Part shown: positions 39,148 to 51,150 of the stretch, one piece after another
Layout: every line of letters starts with the position of its first letter
Position numbering within the stretch: the first letter of the stretch is position 1
Assembly: GCA_030704615.1 (NCBI GenBank)
Contig: CM060734.1
Coordinates: forward strand, 21,142,001-21,206,000
Direction: 5' to 3'
Source: Takakia lepidozioides
Taxonomy: Eukaryota; Plantae; Bryophyta
DNA length: 64,000 nt
The notes under the pieces: model-generated
Database searches by the model: none
What the model was told of the DNA's origin: nothing
What the model saw: only the letters and a program-made list of their open reading frames with translations
Translations under genes and position numbers: made by a program

Positions 39148-42100
39148 GTGGCATGCTTCCAGGAAGTCGGCTTTGTTATTGGGTTTATTGATGAGGTTCT
39201 GATTAACGGTTTAACAGCTGCCGACATTGCTCCTAGGGATACTCTGACCACTGGGCCCACAAGAAAAATAATTAAAATGGACGGCTGCATATCTGGAAAG
39301 AATAACATAATATGCACAGTCGTTGTCTGAGCTTCCTCCGCCATATTCTCTGCTCATTCTTCAACTGTGTTCTGGAGACATCAGTAAACCGATTTACACT
39401 AGATCTGCGATAGCAAGGTATAAACGTACGCGAGGAAGGAAGATGGCTTCCTCTGAAGCGGAGTTCTTCTCTAACGACAAACCAATGCCGTTCTCCCAGG
39501 AAGTCCTTGACAATGGATTTGCAATTGTTCTGGAACATGTCTTGGCTACCCGTTTTCAGCTGCAGAATGGCTCCATCTTTTTGGAGAAAGAGGTGTACGA
39601 TCTTAAAGGGAAGTTGTTGAAATACTCTTCCAAAACCGTGATGAGACGACTCATATCAGCCAGTGGAGAGTGCGTCCTGGTCGATACAGAGTACTTGGAG
39701 AGCCTCGGCGAAAGTCCCTTGGGTCATATGTGACGCCCGGGACTGCTGCTTCGGTCGTTGAAGACAAGAGGGAGGTGGTGGTGAAAAAAGAACAGACGTC
39801 CTCCACTCCAATCGTTGAGCTTTCGGATTCGTCCGATGATGACATAAGTGAAATTCCAAATCCAGTCCTTCCTACTGTGCTTGGAGAAGCTGATGAAGAA
39901 GAGATTTGTAGTGTCATTCCAAAATTGCGGGCGATGGGAGGAATGGCTGGATTCAAAAGTGAGTTGCGGGGAATTGATTGGGAATCTTTGAAGCAGGTGC
40001 CTGTGAAGTTCTTGCCGGAGACTTTTGATGGCGATATCCTATTCGAGCTGCCTCCTCCTCCGCGAGTTGGAGGTGTAACAATCATGATGCATGGAATGGA
40101 CAAGAAACACGACGGGCACCCGTGGTGCAGAACAAAAACATGCAATATTCAGAATGATGACAAGCTTGTTTTCAGGAGGATAGTTTGCAATGGACACCTT
40201 AGGTGTGATAATTTGAATTGCAGACAATTTCTTCAGTTTGGGGTTCATAATCAAAGCGAATGGGAGGGTCTAGCGGAAAATCCATTTCAGCCTGGGACTG
40301 CCCCTCCACCGACAAACACTTTCGTCTGCAAATTCTGCAAACTTGTGCCATCCTGCTTGGCGCTCTGCGGAGCAAGAATGTACTATGTTGTCCACCGTTT
40401 GAAAACAATGACAAGAGCTTGTGTGCATTTCGGATTCCATAACCATCCTGTCTCGAAGGGGGATTACAGGGAGAGTGTTGAGATAGTATCGAGGTTGATT
40501 AAACAGGAGTTCGGGAGAAACCCATCCGCAACAACATCTGCAATTGCTCTTGGCGCAAGCAAGTCCTTCTTGGAAAGCCATATTTTGAGTGAAGGGGATT
40601 CTGTGGGGACTAAACTTGACGGTGCAGCATTGGACCTGGTCATGGATCATTTCTCCACTTTAAATTCACCTAACATTCGGCATCAGATCAATGCATTGAG
40701 AATGGGCTCTGGGATCAGAGGCTACATAGACAACATTTTGGAATTGAAACAAGTGAGCAAGTACGATTACATCCAGGACAATGTATTCCCAGGTCAAGGT
40801 GCCATCAAAGTTTTTCTTTTCAAAACGTCGACTGTTGGGGAGGGCAGTGGGGTTAGCCTCGTGAAGCGGATGCAGAAGACTGGGGACTTGCAGAACTTTT
40901 TTCTATGTTTGATCATGTGAAACGAGTGAAAGATTGGACGACAATGGCTTGTCATGTCTACGATCCAGTGTACCAACGAGTTATGACAATTGCAGTTTGT
41001 GACATGCAATCCGAGGATACGGAATCCCAGAAGCTCATGTGGAATTCCCTGATACGTGTCATGGGCTGCCATGGGCTGCCATCTCCAAATTTCGCAGGTT
41101 TCATGGCGGATAGTGCTCAAGCAAATTTCAATGCTGTTTGTATTGTCTTCGGATCGGGCGACCCAAAAGTGCCTATGCCAGGAAGAGAGCGTACATGTCT
41201 ATTCCATTGGACACAATCTCTGGAAAAACATACAAAGTCGGACATCAAACTAGAGATGCAGACTCAACACCGTAAATTGTGCAAAGAGTACAAAGATGCT
41301 AGAACAATGAAGGAGGCGGACACTTTGTTCCAGACAATTCGTGCCTGGTGGTTCTCTTCTGGAGCTGCATCACTTGAGAGTATGAGAGCATTGGAAGATT
41401 GGCTGGCGTTTTGGCACTTCCGGTATAGACAGTGAGGAGCAGCCATGCCATTGGTACGAGGCTTATATTTATTGCTTTATTCATACATTTGCTTTCCATT
41501 TTATTGTGTCCTCGCTTTCTTTATGTTGTTTCTGTTCACTGTTTTGAAGTGTGGTTCTGCACTTTGCAGAACATGTCCATTGAGGAAATGGCGAACATGT
41601 CATCTTGCAATTTGGCAGAAACTGTGCACAACGCATGGTTGCAGCAGTTTGGGAAACGAGGTCAGGATTTGTATGTGGCAACAACAGATGATTTGATACA
41701 TGCGTTGCAACAACAAACCCGATACCGTGATTTCTTACGAGGTGGGGTTGGTGGCAAGGGTCCGGACAAATGGGAGTTGATGTTGCGTGCTGCAAACAGA
41801 TCTGGGGATCCAATCAAGATAGCACGGGCGGTGAGCATGTATGCCCAGGGAACGCCACTTGTTTCTAGAGTTCCACATCTTGAAGGGGAGGAGAGATTCG
41901 GCTCATGTAAGAGGAAATTGAACACTCCACCTGGTTTGGATTCAGATTCCCACAGGGCAGACCGTGATAACTTCTCGAAGCCTTGTGTTCCCCTGCATGA
42001 CAGCTCCATGTCCGGAACCTCCATTGTGGAGGAACCTCCAACACGACGGCAAGCTCCAGCATCAAACAGTGCCACTGAAATGTGCAGGAGAGAAACAACC

Positions 42101-42953
42101 CCCTTGATGTGCTTGAGTCCGCATGCCCCGACCACGTTTGGCACATAGAACGCACAAGTGTAGGGTCTCGTGTGAAATGTACAGCGATCAGGGCAACTAA
42201 TTTCGAGAAGTGCACTTCATCTATATCCAGAGGTGGTGCCCGAACTCCTGCTCCGACTTTCACGGGCTTGATGCGTCCATACGGTCAACCAGAAGCCAAG
42301 AACCACAAGTTCTGGTTCTGCGCAGATGATTGTGCCAGATGTGTGCATGGAACTGTGTGTCCTTCCGTAGTGATGAAGCCATCTCCTCCAACCGTTTGGC
42401 CCGTGAAGGTGGGAACACATCTGAGCTTTCAGGAGATTGAAATGCTGGAGGAGGCAGGTTTTTCCCTTGCGAGACAACCCCAACTCCATGCATGTGCTAC
42501 TACTTCTGCGTCCTCCCGGGTCCCCCGGCAAATCCTGACTTGTGGCCAACCAAACGAGATGGAAAGCTCGTTCGGCGTTTCCCTCCAACTGCTGAACACT
42601 TTGGCAAAGTGGAGTCCGCAAGAATGCTCCAAGCTCGTGTTGGAAGCACCACGGAAGTACCCGATCCAGGATATGGTCGGGTATTCACAATCATCACTTC
42701 CACATCTGCTGTTCATGACAGGACCTACGACATCACGGTTTCCAATTTCCCCAATTGCACATGTCCTGATTTTGTGAATATGCTATCAACCAGTTTGGGC
42801 AAGAGAGGTAAATTCATACCCTGCAAACATTTGTATTTCATATTTTTGAAGAGGATGGTTTGCGATCCCAAACGTGACAACTTCATTCACCAGGCCACTA
42901 TGAGTTTCAACGAGGTCGATACTCTTTTGCAGCGGGATACAACACATGGGTAG
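39148..42953 (+). mobile_element. Mutator-like transposase pseudogene: GCM/WRKY-like Zn finger - MULE DDE - SWIM
   Basis: DGHPW..CNGHLRCDNLNC..CKFC..CGAR..HFGFHNHP (GCM-like finger). MULE catalytic pattern FDHVK / FMADSA / CLFHW / CNLAETVH. SWIM NCTCPDF..PCKHLYF. Frameshifts near 39720, 40905, 42085, 42500; TGA at 41433; intron ~41454-41569. Confidence 0.85.
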
Positions 42954-43399
42954 CATCAACTATGCAATGTGGTATGTGGACGACCATGATTTGAAATGTG
43001 TAATTCACATCAATTCGTCGGCGGTGCAATGATATGGCCTCCAACTATACGGAGTGAGCTCTGAGTGACAACTTTTAGGTAGTGCACATTTGTCATTGCA
43101 CCGTTCGAAGTCTACATGTCTTGCTGTCGCTATGCACTACAATCATCTTTTGAAGATGATCCTAACTCTCATTGTTATTTGAGGAGGGAGGAAGGTCTTC
43201 CCGTGGCAGCCTTTATGGCGCACACTTTGTGAGGATATTTTTTCGTCATCGTAATTGTAAAAGTGAAACAAGCATTTGTAATTGCACAATGTTGGATGTT
43301 GCAATTTTAGGCCTCAACGCTCGTCTTGATTCTATTTAGGCAAGATTCCCTGCATTAATTCCACGGTCATAGGACCATCCACGGTTATAGGCGGCGCAT

Positions 43400-45360
43400 G
43401 TTAATGCTGACGTGGCAGATGACGGACAGTGCCACATCATCATTTACCGCCACATTAGCATGCTGACATGACGCTCACGCCACGTCAGCGTGTGTGCAGG
43501 CTCACGCCACGTCACTCCTGCGTGAGCGTACGCTCGCGCGCTCACGCGCAACGCTCACGCCATTGCGTCGTTGCTTGACAGCGATCCGCTCCCTCACTGC
43601 TATCATCGCCAACAAAAGACAGCTTGAATCCAGCCTCTCCACGGCCCCTTAGATACCACCGGGTTCAGCACGACGCCAATTTTGTGACGCCCGGGCGTCG
43701 CAGGCCCTCGCATGGGAGTCACCAAAAACGTCGCAAATATGCAACATATGGGGGTCGCAAGCCCCTGGCGGTCCATGGCGATGGCAGGGGCCTCCTGCTA
43801 GCGACACTCGGCCGTCACTGCCCTCCAGCCGACGACATTGGAGGGGGCGACGGCTCGGCGTCGCAACCAAGTTTTTTTCTAAAATGCCCGGGCGTCGCAT
43901 CCTAAGGACAAAAAACACGTGGCGTAAGCCGGGTGGTAGGATAAGCGACGCCGTTGCGTCGCTGCTAGCGACTCCTGGGCGTGGCAAAGAAAAAACACCC
44001 ATCGCCGCTGGAGTCACACGCTGCGACGCTCGGCCATGGGTTCCCGCGACGCGCTGGTGTCGCTTTCCAGATTTTCAATCAAAAAATAAAAACACGTGGC
44101 GTAGGCAGGGTGTTGGGATCAGCGACGCCACGACGTCTCTGCTAGCGACCCCCGGACTAGAAAAAACCATCACAGGGGGGGTCGGGCATTGCTACCGGCA
44201 TGGGTTTTTGCGACGCCCGGCCATTGCTACTTGCGACCCCCGCCAAAAAAACCCGTCGCAAGGCCAACCTGGTGGGTGGGGGGATTGGGGGTTTGATTTT
44301 GGGGGTGAATTGGGGGTGGTTTTGTTTTTCCCTGGTTTTGTTTTAGGGTATTGGGAGACCTTACAGCTTCCATTACTCTGATTTAGCAGGTACACAATTG
44401 AGCAAGCATGAATCGAGGGTGAGGCCGGTGCGACAAATGAATAAGATGAAAGATGGAAAGATGGAAATATATTTACAAGCAATGAGCTGAAATGTTTTGC
44501 TCACAAGGGTTTAGTAGGCTGACCCTGGGACCTACACGGACTAGGACTAGTCATCCTCATCCTCAGCCTCAGAGGAGGACCTATAGCTATCCAATGAGCC
44601 TGATGACTCCGCGCCCTTTGCCTGAGTACTTAAAGCAGGCGGCGTTCCCCTAAGTCCCACAGAGCTCTCATCCAATCCCTGGCCATGACCCCCCCCCCTA
44701 ATCCATACTAGTGCCCTGTAGTGCACTCATCCCCTCCTTGTTGGCCATGTTCTTCATGTGGGATTGCCAACCATGCTCCTTGGCGTAGTTGTACTATACC
44801 GGAGATGGCTTCCTCTCAAACGCGCCACTACTGCAAAAGGGTGGGGTTAGCGACGCCCAACCCCCCGCACCCCATTTCCCGTGCAACGCCACCGCCGCGA
44901 CGGTTTTTGCGACGCCGGGAGCATCGTAGCAGATTCTTGCGACGTGTGACGCGTCGCAAGGCAGAGGGACAACCAATTTGGCCAAGTCCCTAGCTGCAAC
45001 GCTCAAGGCGTCGCAGGTTCAGTCTTGGAGGGCAAAAACGTCGCAGTTATATAGCGACGCCTCTGCCATCACACATTCTGCGATGTCGCGAGCGTCGCAG
45101 AGCAACTCAAGGACTGCCATTTTGACGAAGTCCATATCTGTGACGCCCCAGTCTTGGGGGAAAAGACGTCGCTGTTATACAGCGACGCCGTTGGCGTCGC
45201 AATGGGAACGACGCCTCGAGCGTCGCAGTGCGATCCCTTCGACTGCCATTTTGGTTAAGTCCATATTTGTGATGCTTGAGGCATCGCAGCATTAGTATTG
45301 GGGGCAAAAGCTGCTTCCGTCGCTTTGAAAACGATGCCTCGGGCGTCGCAGTGGATTTAG
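43400..45360. repeat. Region dense in GCGACGC/GCGTCGC (and CTCACGC) motifs; probable DNA-transposon subterminal repeats
   Basis: Dozens of gcgacg/cgtcgc in both orientations at 43560-44260 and 44820-45350, interrupted by unrelated sequence at ~44380-44800. Confidence 0.65.
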
Positions 45361-47778
45361 AATGACTATGATTACAGTTTTTTGCTACATAATGATTTTG
45401 TTTTTGGCTCAATTTTGTTTTGTGAATTCCAACCCCACACTACTACATCCATGCAAAAATTCGGACCAAATATATTTATGGGGTCACTATTGCAGAACTC
45501 TCTATGAAGAGTGCTTGAAGTTGAATTCAAATAAACTTTGGAGTGCAAATGAGGGCATAAAATATGGTTTTGGGTGCAGATGACTTTTGTTCACTCCCAA
45601 ATTTTGCATGCACATTGCATATGCTGTCATTAATCGTATGGTTAAAAAATGGAGTTAAAAAAAATTCATGTGCATGCGAAACGTAGCTTTCCGTCTCCAC
45701 AACACATTTGTTTACTTTCAAACTTTGCCAGTATGTTCAGTATACCATCTGATAGGTCCGGACAAATATGACATCAATCAAAATTCATTCAAAGGGCAAT
45801 CGAATCATCACCCATCCAAATGATTTTGTTTTGTTTGAAAACTTTGCAAGTATGTTCTGCATACCATCCAGACGACATGTCTCGGACAAATATGAGATCA
45901 ATAAAAATTCATTCAATGGGCCAACGGATGTTTGCCCCTCCAAATGATTTTTGTTTGCTTTGAATGTCGCGCACCTCACTTCGGTAAACCCCCCCGCTAG
46001 GTCATAGTTATTCGCTTTGGTGCGCGCGTCAACTTCAAAACTAGCCGCCGGACCAACTCGGAGCTTCGGCTGCTCACCGGGGCATATTTACAGTCCCCCT
46101 TCCTCCCCTCGGGACCCTCGAGGTATCAGGCCCAGTGGAATTTCCCTTTGGTAGTTGGCAGTCTTGAATAGCTCCCCACACCTTAGTCGCTTTCCGGAGA
46201 GGCGCGTTTACTCTCTAGCTTTTGGTCACATAACTAGAGAGTTGATTGAAATTTTGTCTTCTGAAGCGGATTAGGGTTTAGTCTTACAATGTGGCCTCCG
46301 TGAATGCTCGTGGACCTCTCTTTGTCCATAATTTATGAGGCCTCAATCTTGACAGGATTCATTTGCAATACTTATAATCTGGACTGGTTCTGAAATCTAC
46401 ACTCTTACAAGCAGCATTGGAATTCTGAACTACGGCGACATTGGGTTATGCTTCCACAGATGATGTCTTTCGAAGATGACATCAGGTTGATATTTGAATG
46501 AGGTTAATGTTTGGCGTTGTTTGAGAATGATCCGACAAGAAATTCCAGATGTCCTAACTTGGAATAGTAAGCGCCTCCGCCTCTTTGAATGCCTTTGGCA
46601 CTCAAGGGTGCTTCAGCCCCCTTCCCTACTACTACCACTGCCCCCACCATAGGGGCAGCCCCTCTTAAGTCCCGACGCCCCGCCCTCAAGGCAAAGGGCC
46701 GCGACATTGAAACTTTGAAACTTTGCTTAAGTACAGGGCCCACCCCTGAAAAGGGGCAGTAGCCGCAAGGCAAAGTGGCTCTTAGTTATGCCGGCCTCGA
46801 CCGGAGTCTTCTCTTTCAAAACAAAACAAATTCATTTGCCCCCCAAGGACAAGTTCACCATGTCATCCAATTTGGTTCATTGTAAGAAAAAATCCTCTCA
46901 TGGGTGAACGACTATTGCACCCATGAATGGATGTGGTTCAAGCTCAACTTTTGTCCGCATATACTTGAATATATGTGTAACACATGTGCAAAGATTCAAT
47001 AGCAAAAAAAAAACATTTGCCTCCCCAACGACGCACTCACTCCTCAACCAATTTTGAATTAAATCGAATTTTAATAAATTTTAAATACAAACTTGGATTT
47101 AGAATGACTATGATTGCGGTTTTTTGCTACATAATGATTTTTGTTTCTGCACAATTTTGTTTTGTGAATTCAAACCCCACACTACTACATCTATGCAAAA
47201 ATTCGGACCAAACAAAAATGGAAAAAAATAAAAAAATAAATGTTTTCTTGGGTCACTATTTGCAGAACTCTCTATGAATAGTGCATGAAGTTGAATTCAA
47301 ATCAACTTTGGAGTGCAAATGAGGGCAGAAAATATGGTTTTGGGTGCAGATGACTTTTGTTCACTCCCAAAATTTGCACGCGCATTGCATATGCTGTCAT
47401 TAAGCATATGGTTGAAAAATGGAGTTAAAAAAAATTCATGTGCAGGCGAAACGCAGCTTTCCGTCTCCACAACACGTATATGTCCATCAAAAGGCGAACG
47501 AACAATTGACCATCCAAATGATTTTTGTTTACTTTCAAACTTTGCCAGTATGTTCAGTATATAATCTGATAGGTCCTAGACAAATATGACATCAATCGAA
47601 ATTCATTCAAAGGGCAATCGAATCGTCGCTCATCCAAATGATTTTGTTTTGCTTTGAAACTTTGCAGATATGTTCTGCATACCATCCGACATGTCTTAGA
47701 CAAATATGAGAACAATCATTCAATGGGCCAACGGATGGTTGCCCATCCAAATGATTTTTGTTTGCTTTGAAACTTTGA
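45355..47778. repeat. Two diverged partial copies of the ~1-kb satellite unit
   Basis: 45355-45964 and 46860-47778 resemble each other and share blocks with the 20.1-24.5 kb unit (CACTATTGCAGAACTCTCTATGAAGAGTG; CAATGGGCCAACGGATGGTTGCCCATCCAAATGATTTT). Confidence 0.85.
45965..46706. mobile_element. Solo LTR
   Basis: TGTCGCG...CGCGACA inverted termini and a perfect 5-bp TSD TTGAA (45960-45964; 46707-46711). Confidence 0.9.
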
Positions 47779-48024
47779 AACTTTGCTTTATTAAAGATAA
47801 GCAACAAAAGATGAGCAACAAGAAGAAAGATACCCATCAATCAGTTAATCGGTTATGTATACAAAGTACATCAAGAGAATATCTATTATGCCCCTCTACG
47901 CGATCTTGGTCTCAAAACAACCTTACGTCTGTCATACACATCTCACTCATGTTGTATCCTGAGGTCCTAAGCATCCAACGAGAACTCATATGATGCAAAT
48001 AGCTCGGTGCTAATACTAGTCCTA

Positions 48025-50150
48025 CTAGCACACACGGATACTACTACTCCGGAATATCATCGGGAGGGTCATCTTCATTGTCAAGCTCCAAATCTTCTTT
48101 AGCGTACTCATGATCATCATCAACATTAATGTCCTCCCTATCTGAAGCCTCATCACACGGCGAATCATCATCCATATATCCATGATATGGCTCATGCACC
48201 AGCTAAACCATAGGATGAGGATCATGTTCTTCATGTTCTTCATCATTGTTCTCTTCCTCGTCTTCAGACGCCTCCTCGTCATCCTCCTCTTCAATGCCCA
48301 CCTTCACGACCTCCAACGTTAGTGTTGGAGGCCAGTTGTTCCTCAATTGCCTCCACCCATGCATCATCATCTCCACCCTCATCCTCGGCCTCCTCTTCCT
48401 CTTGCACGGCCTCTTCCCCCTCCTCTTCGTGATCCCGTGGGTCTTCATCTTCCGTACCCCACTTAGAACCCTCGCCATGATAAATGTGCCTTCCTCTTGG
48501 CCGAGCATGCACAACCAACTTCCAATTGCCCGATCTAGTATTATCCGCGGAAAAGAAGACTTGCTCCATATCGGAAGGCTATGCAAACGGCTCGTCACTA
48601 ATGCGACTACAGGGAAGGATCCTATCCGCATTGACTCGCATGAAGCCACATTCATCTTGTTGTAGTGTTGCATTTACCCCTACAGTGTTGGATCGGAATT
48701 CCCTCCCCTTGAAAATAATAGGTCAATACTCATCATACTGAAGTTGCAAAATGGCATCAAGCTCCCCAATATATTCAAGTTTGCTTCTTTCGGGTCGAGT
48801 GTCCCTTGTGCTTGACACGGAATCTTGCCAATATGTTGCACACAAACCGGAGTCAAAAGTGGTCTTCCGGCGCATGTCAAGAGAGCGGATGCGGAAATGG
48901 CGACCATGAACCCACATTGAGGTGAACGAAAGGGCATATTCAGATCATGCGCATCACGAAATTTCCATATAATTTGTCATAAACCCTAAACTCGGTGCAA
49001 TTTCATATGAGAAATTTGAGGACATTCATCATCTGTATGGAGAGATGCATTTCGGACTTGTACCTCCCAATAAGGTAACTCGTAGAAGATTGAGAGCCGG
49101 GACATGCCACACCTTGCTTTACGACGTTTTTTATCCACCACCTCTTTCCACCGGCCTTTCCAAAATGACCCGGGTGGACGCACGGGTGGAGGTCTCCTCT
49201 CCACGGTTCCATCAAATAATTTCTTGCCTCTCGTTCTCCATGGATGGTCAAGAGGTAGAAATTTCCGGTAGTTGGGATAGATCATTTTTCCAACATTCTT
49301 CGAATACTATGCATCAAGGTTATCCGGCCTACAACATGAACATCCTGCGTATCCCTTTGTGCTTAGTCCCAAACAAACTGAAAGCCCTGCACAAAACCAT
49401 GAATTTAGTTGGGATTTAACATTGTGCGCCTCGTATTTCAATAAACCTTGTAAACATGAACTGCTAAAGAAAAATCATGATGAGTACATACAAACACATG
49501 GTGTACAGAAGAAATATTAATACTATAGATAATATCAAATTAAGTTGTACCTGGATGGTCATGCATTGTCCATAGCAAAAGCCCTCGCAAGAGAAAAGAA
49601 CGTCGGCCAGTGGGTGCCGATGCATCATAGGCTGGAACTCCATTCCATAAAAGCTTTTGTTTGTCAACCAATGGACGCATATGCATATCCATGTCCTTCA
49701 CTTGTTTTTTTCCCTACAACACAAGTTATTTACAATACATATCAAATCGTTTCAAATACAAACAAAACAAATCATCTTAGTTACATATATATTCGACATT
49801 GTACTACCACGTACATCATAAAGCAACAAGAAAGAGTTGTGATATTCACCTGGCACAATGGCAGCCAACATAATATGGCCCTTCTTGATAGCAAGATAGG
49901 GAGGGATGTTGTAATTAACCAGTGTCAAAGGCCAAGTTGAATGGCTACTGGACTCGACTGAGAATGGATTGACACCATCCATAGACAAGCCGAGACGGAC
50001 ATATCTGAATCTTCCTTCAGAAAATGCCATTTCTCCTCGGTGTGTTTCCATGCTTGAGAATCATGGGGGCCACACACCTTTCCCGGGGGGCTTCGATGTG
50101 TCGCATGCCACTTCATGAGTTGTGCGAAGGATGGACTCCGAAATTGCCAT
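48025..50150 (-). mobile_element. CACTA (En/Spm) transposase remnant
   Basis: MKWHA..HDSQAWKH..VRLGLSMDGVNPF..HSTWPLTLVNYNIPP..HIML (Transposase_21-like), WTMHDHP, YRKFLPLDHPWR..SIFYELPYWE, and the C-terminal DSG..YIGELDAILQLQY..DEPFAYPSDMEQVFF (DUF4216-like). Internally deleted. Confidence 0.9.
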
Positions 50151-50256
50151 ATGATTTCAGAAGTTTGAATTACAGCAAGGAGCCTTGCATTAACAAAGTG
50201 GTAGTAAAGATTTTGACTACCTGCACTAAGATCCTGGCAAGCTGCACTAACAGATG

Positions 50257-51150
50257 TTACTCCTCCTCGAAGTATCCAGCCTCTTCTAACTCGTCCTCAT
50301 GTTCGTCAAGTAATTCTGCCTCTGCAGAGTAAAACTCTCCCACTGTATTCGATGCAAATGAACAGCCCGACCTTGCATCATCTGGCCAGTTTTTATAAAT
50401 CATGACTAGCGCGTCTAGATTGGTAATTCCAAGTCGACAACGTCGCAAGCTCGTGAGCAATCCGGCAACCGAAAAAATTCTCTCAATCTCAATCTGAGAT
50501 CCAGGTATGGCAAGAATCTGCCTAGCCAAAAATGCAACATTTGGGAACCGAACTGCATGGTCCTTCCACCAAGTCAAAGGTTTGACAGCCTCCTCCTCCT
50601 CCACAGCAAGACGACAAAAGACAGATAATTCCAATACAAGTAGGGCCTCAAAAGCCTCCTCTGCCGATGTTGGAGCATCAAAGAGGGAATCCATGGGGCA
50701 ATCTGCAACTTGCGGACCGTCATTGCCACGAGCAGGGTTCAAAAATCTAAACACTTTGACTAGCAACGGAATCATGGCCTTTTTATCGTATTCAGAGACA
50801 ACTATCTTGGCTTTGTCCCTGCCCGAAAACTCTGTGATGCATTGTAAACCCTTGTATCGAGGGTCGAGCATGAGAGAAATCATGTTATGCGCTTTTTCAC
50901 TCTGAAATGCACATGCAAAAGAAAGAAATGGTTGCAATACACTCACCGCCTCTGCTGCCATGCGAGCATATAAAATCTCCAGCTCTGAATCAAAGTCCCT
51001 GCACTGCAGGGGTGGCTGGGCATGAGCTCTTCGATTGAACTCTCCCTGTAGCTTAATGCTGATCGCAATTGCCGCATGTAGTGCATCAGAAAGGAGCTAG
51101 TATCCCCTTGTCTGATTCAAAACACATTGCTTCACAATTGGTGTGAGAGT
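50257..51150 (-). mobile_element. hAT transposase C-terminal (dimerisation domain) remnant
   Basis: LMLDPRYKGL..PLTWWKDHAVRFPNVAFLARQILAIPGSQIEIERIFSVAG..RRCRLGITNLDALVMIYKNW. Confidence 0.92.
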
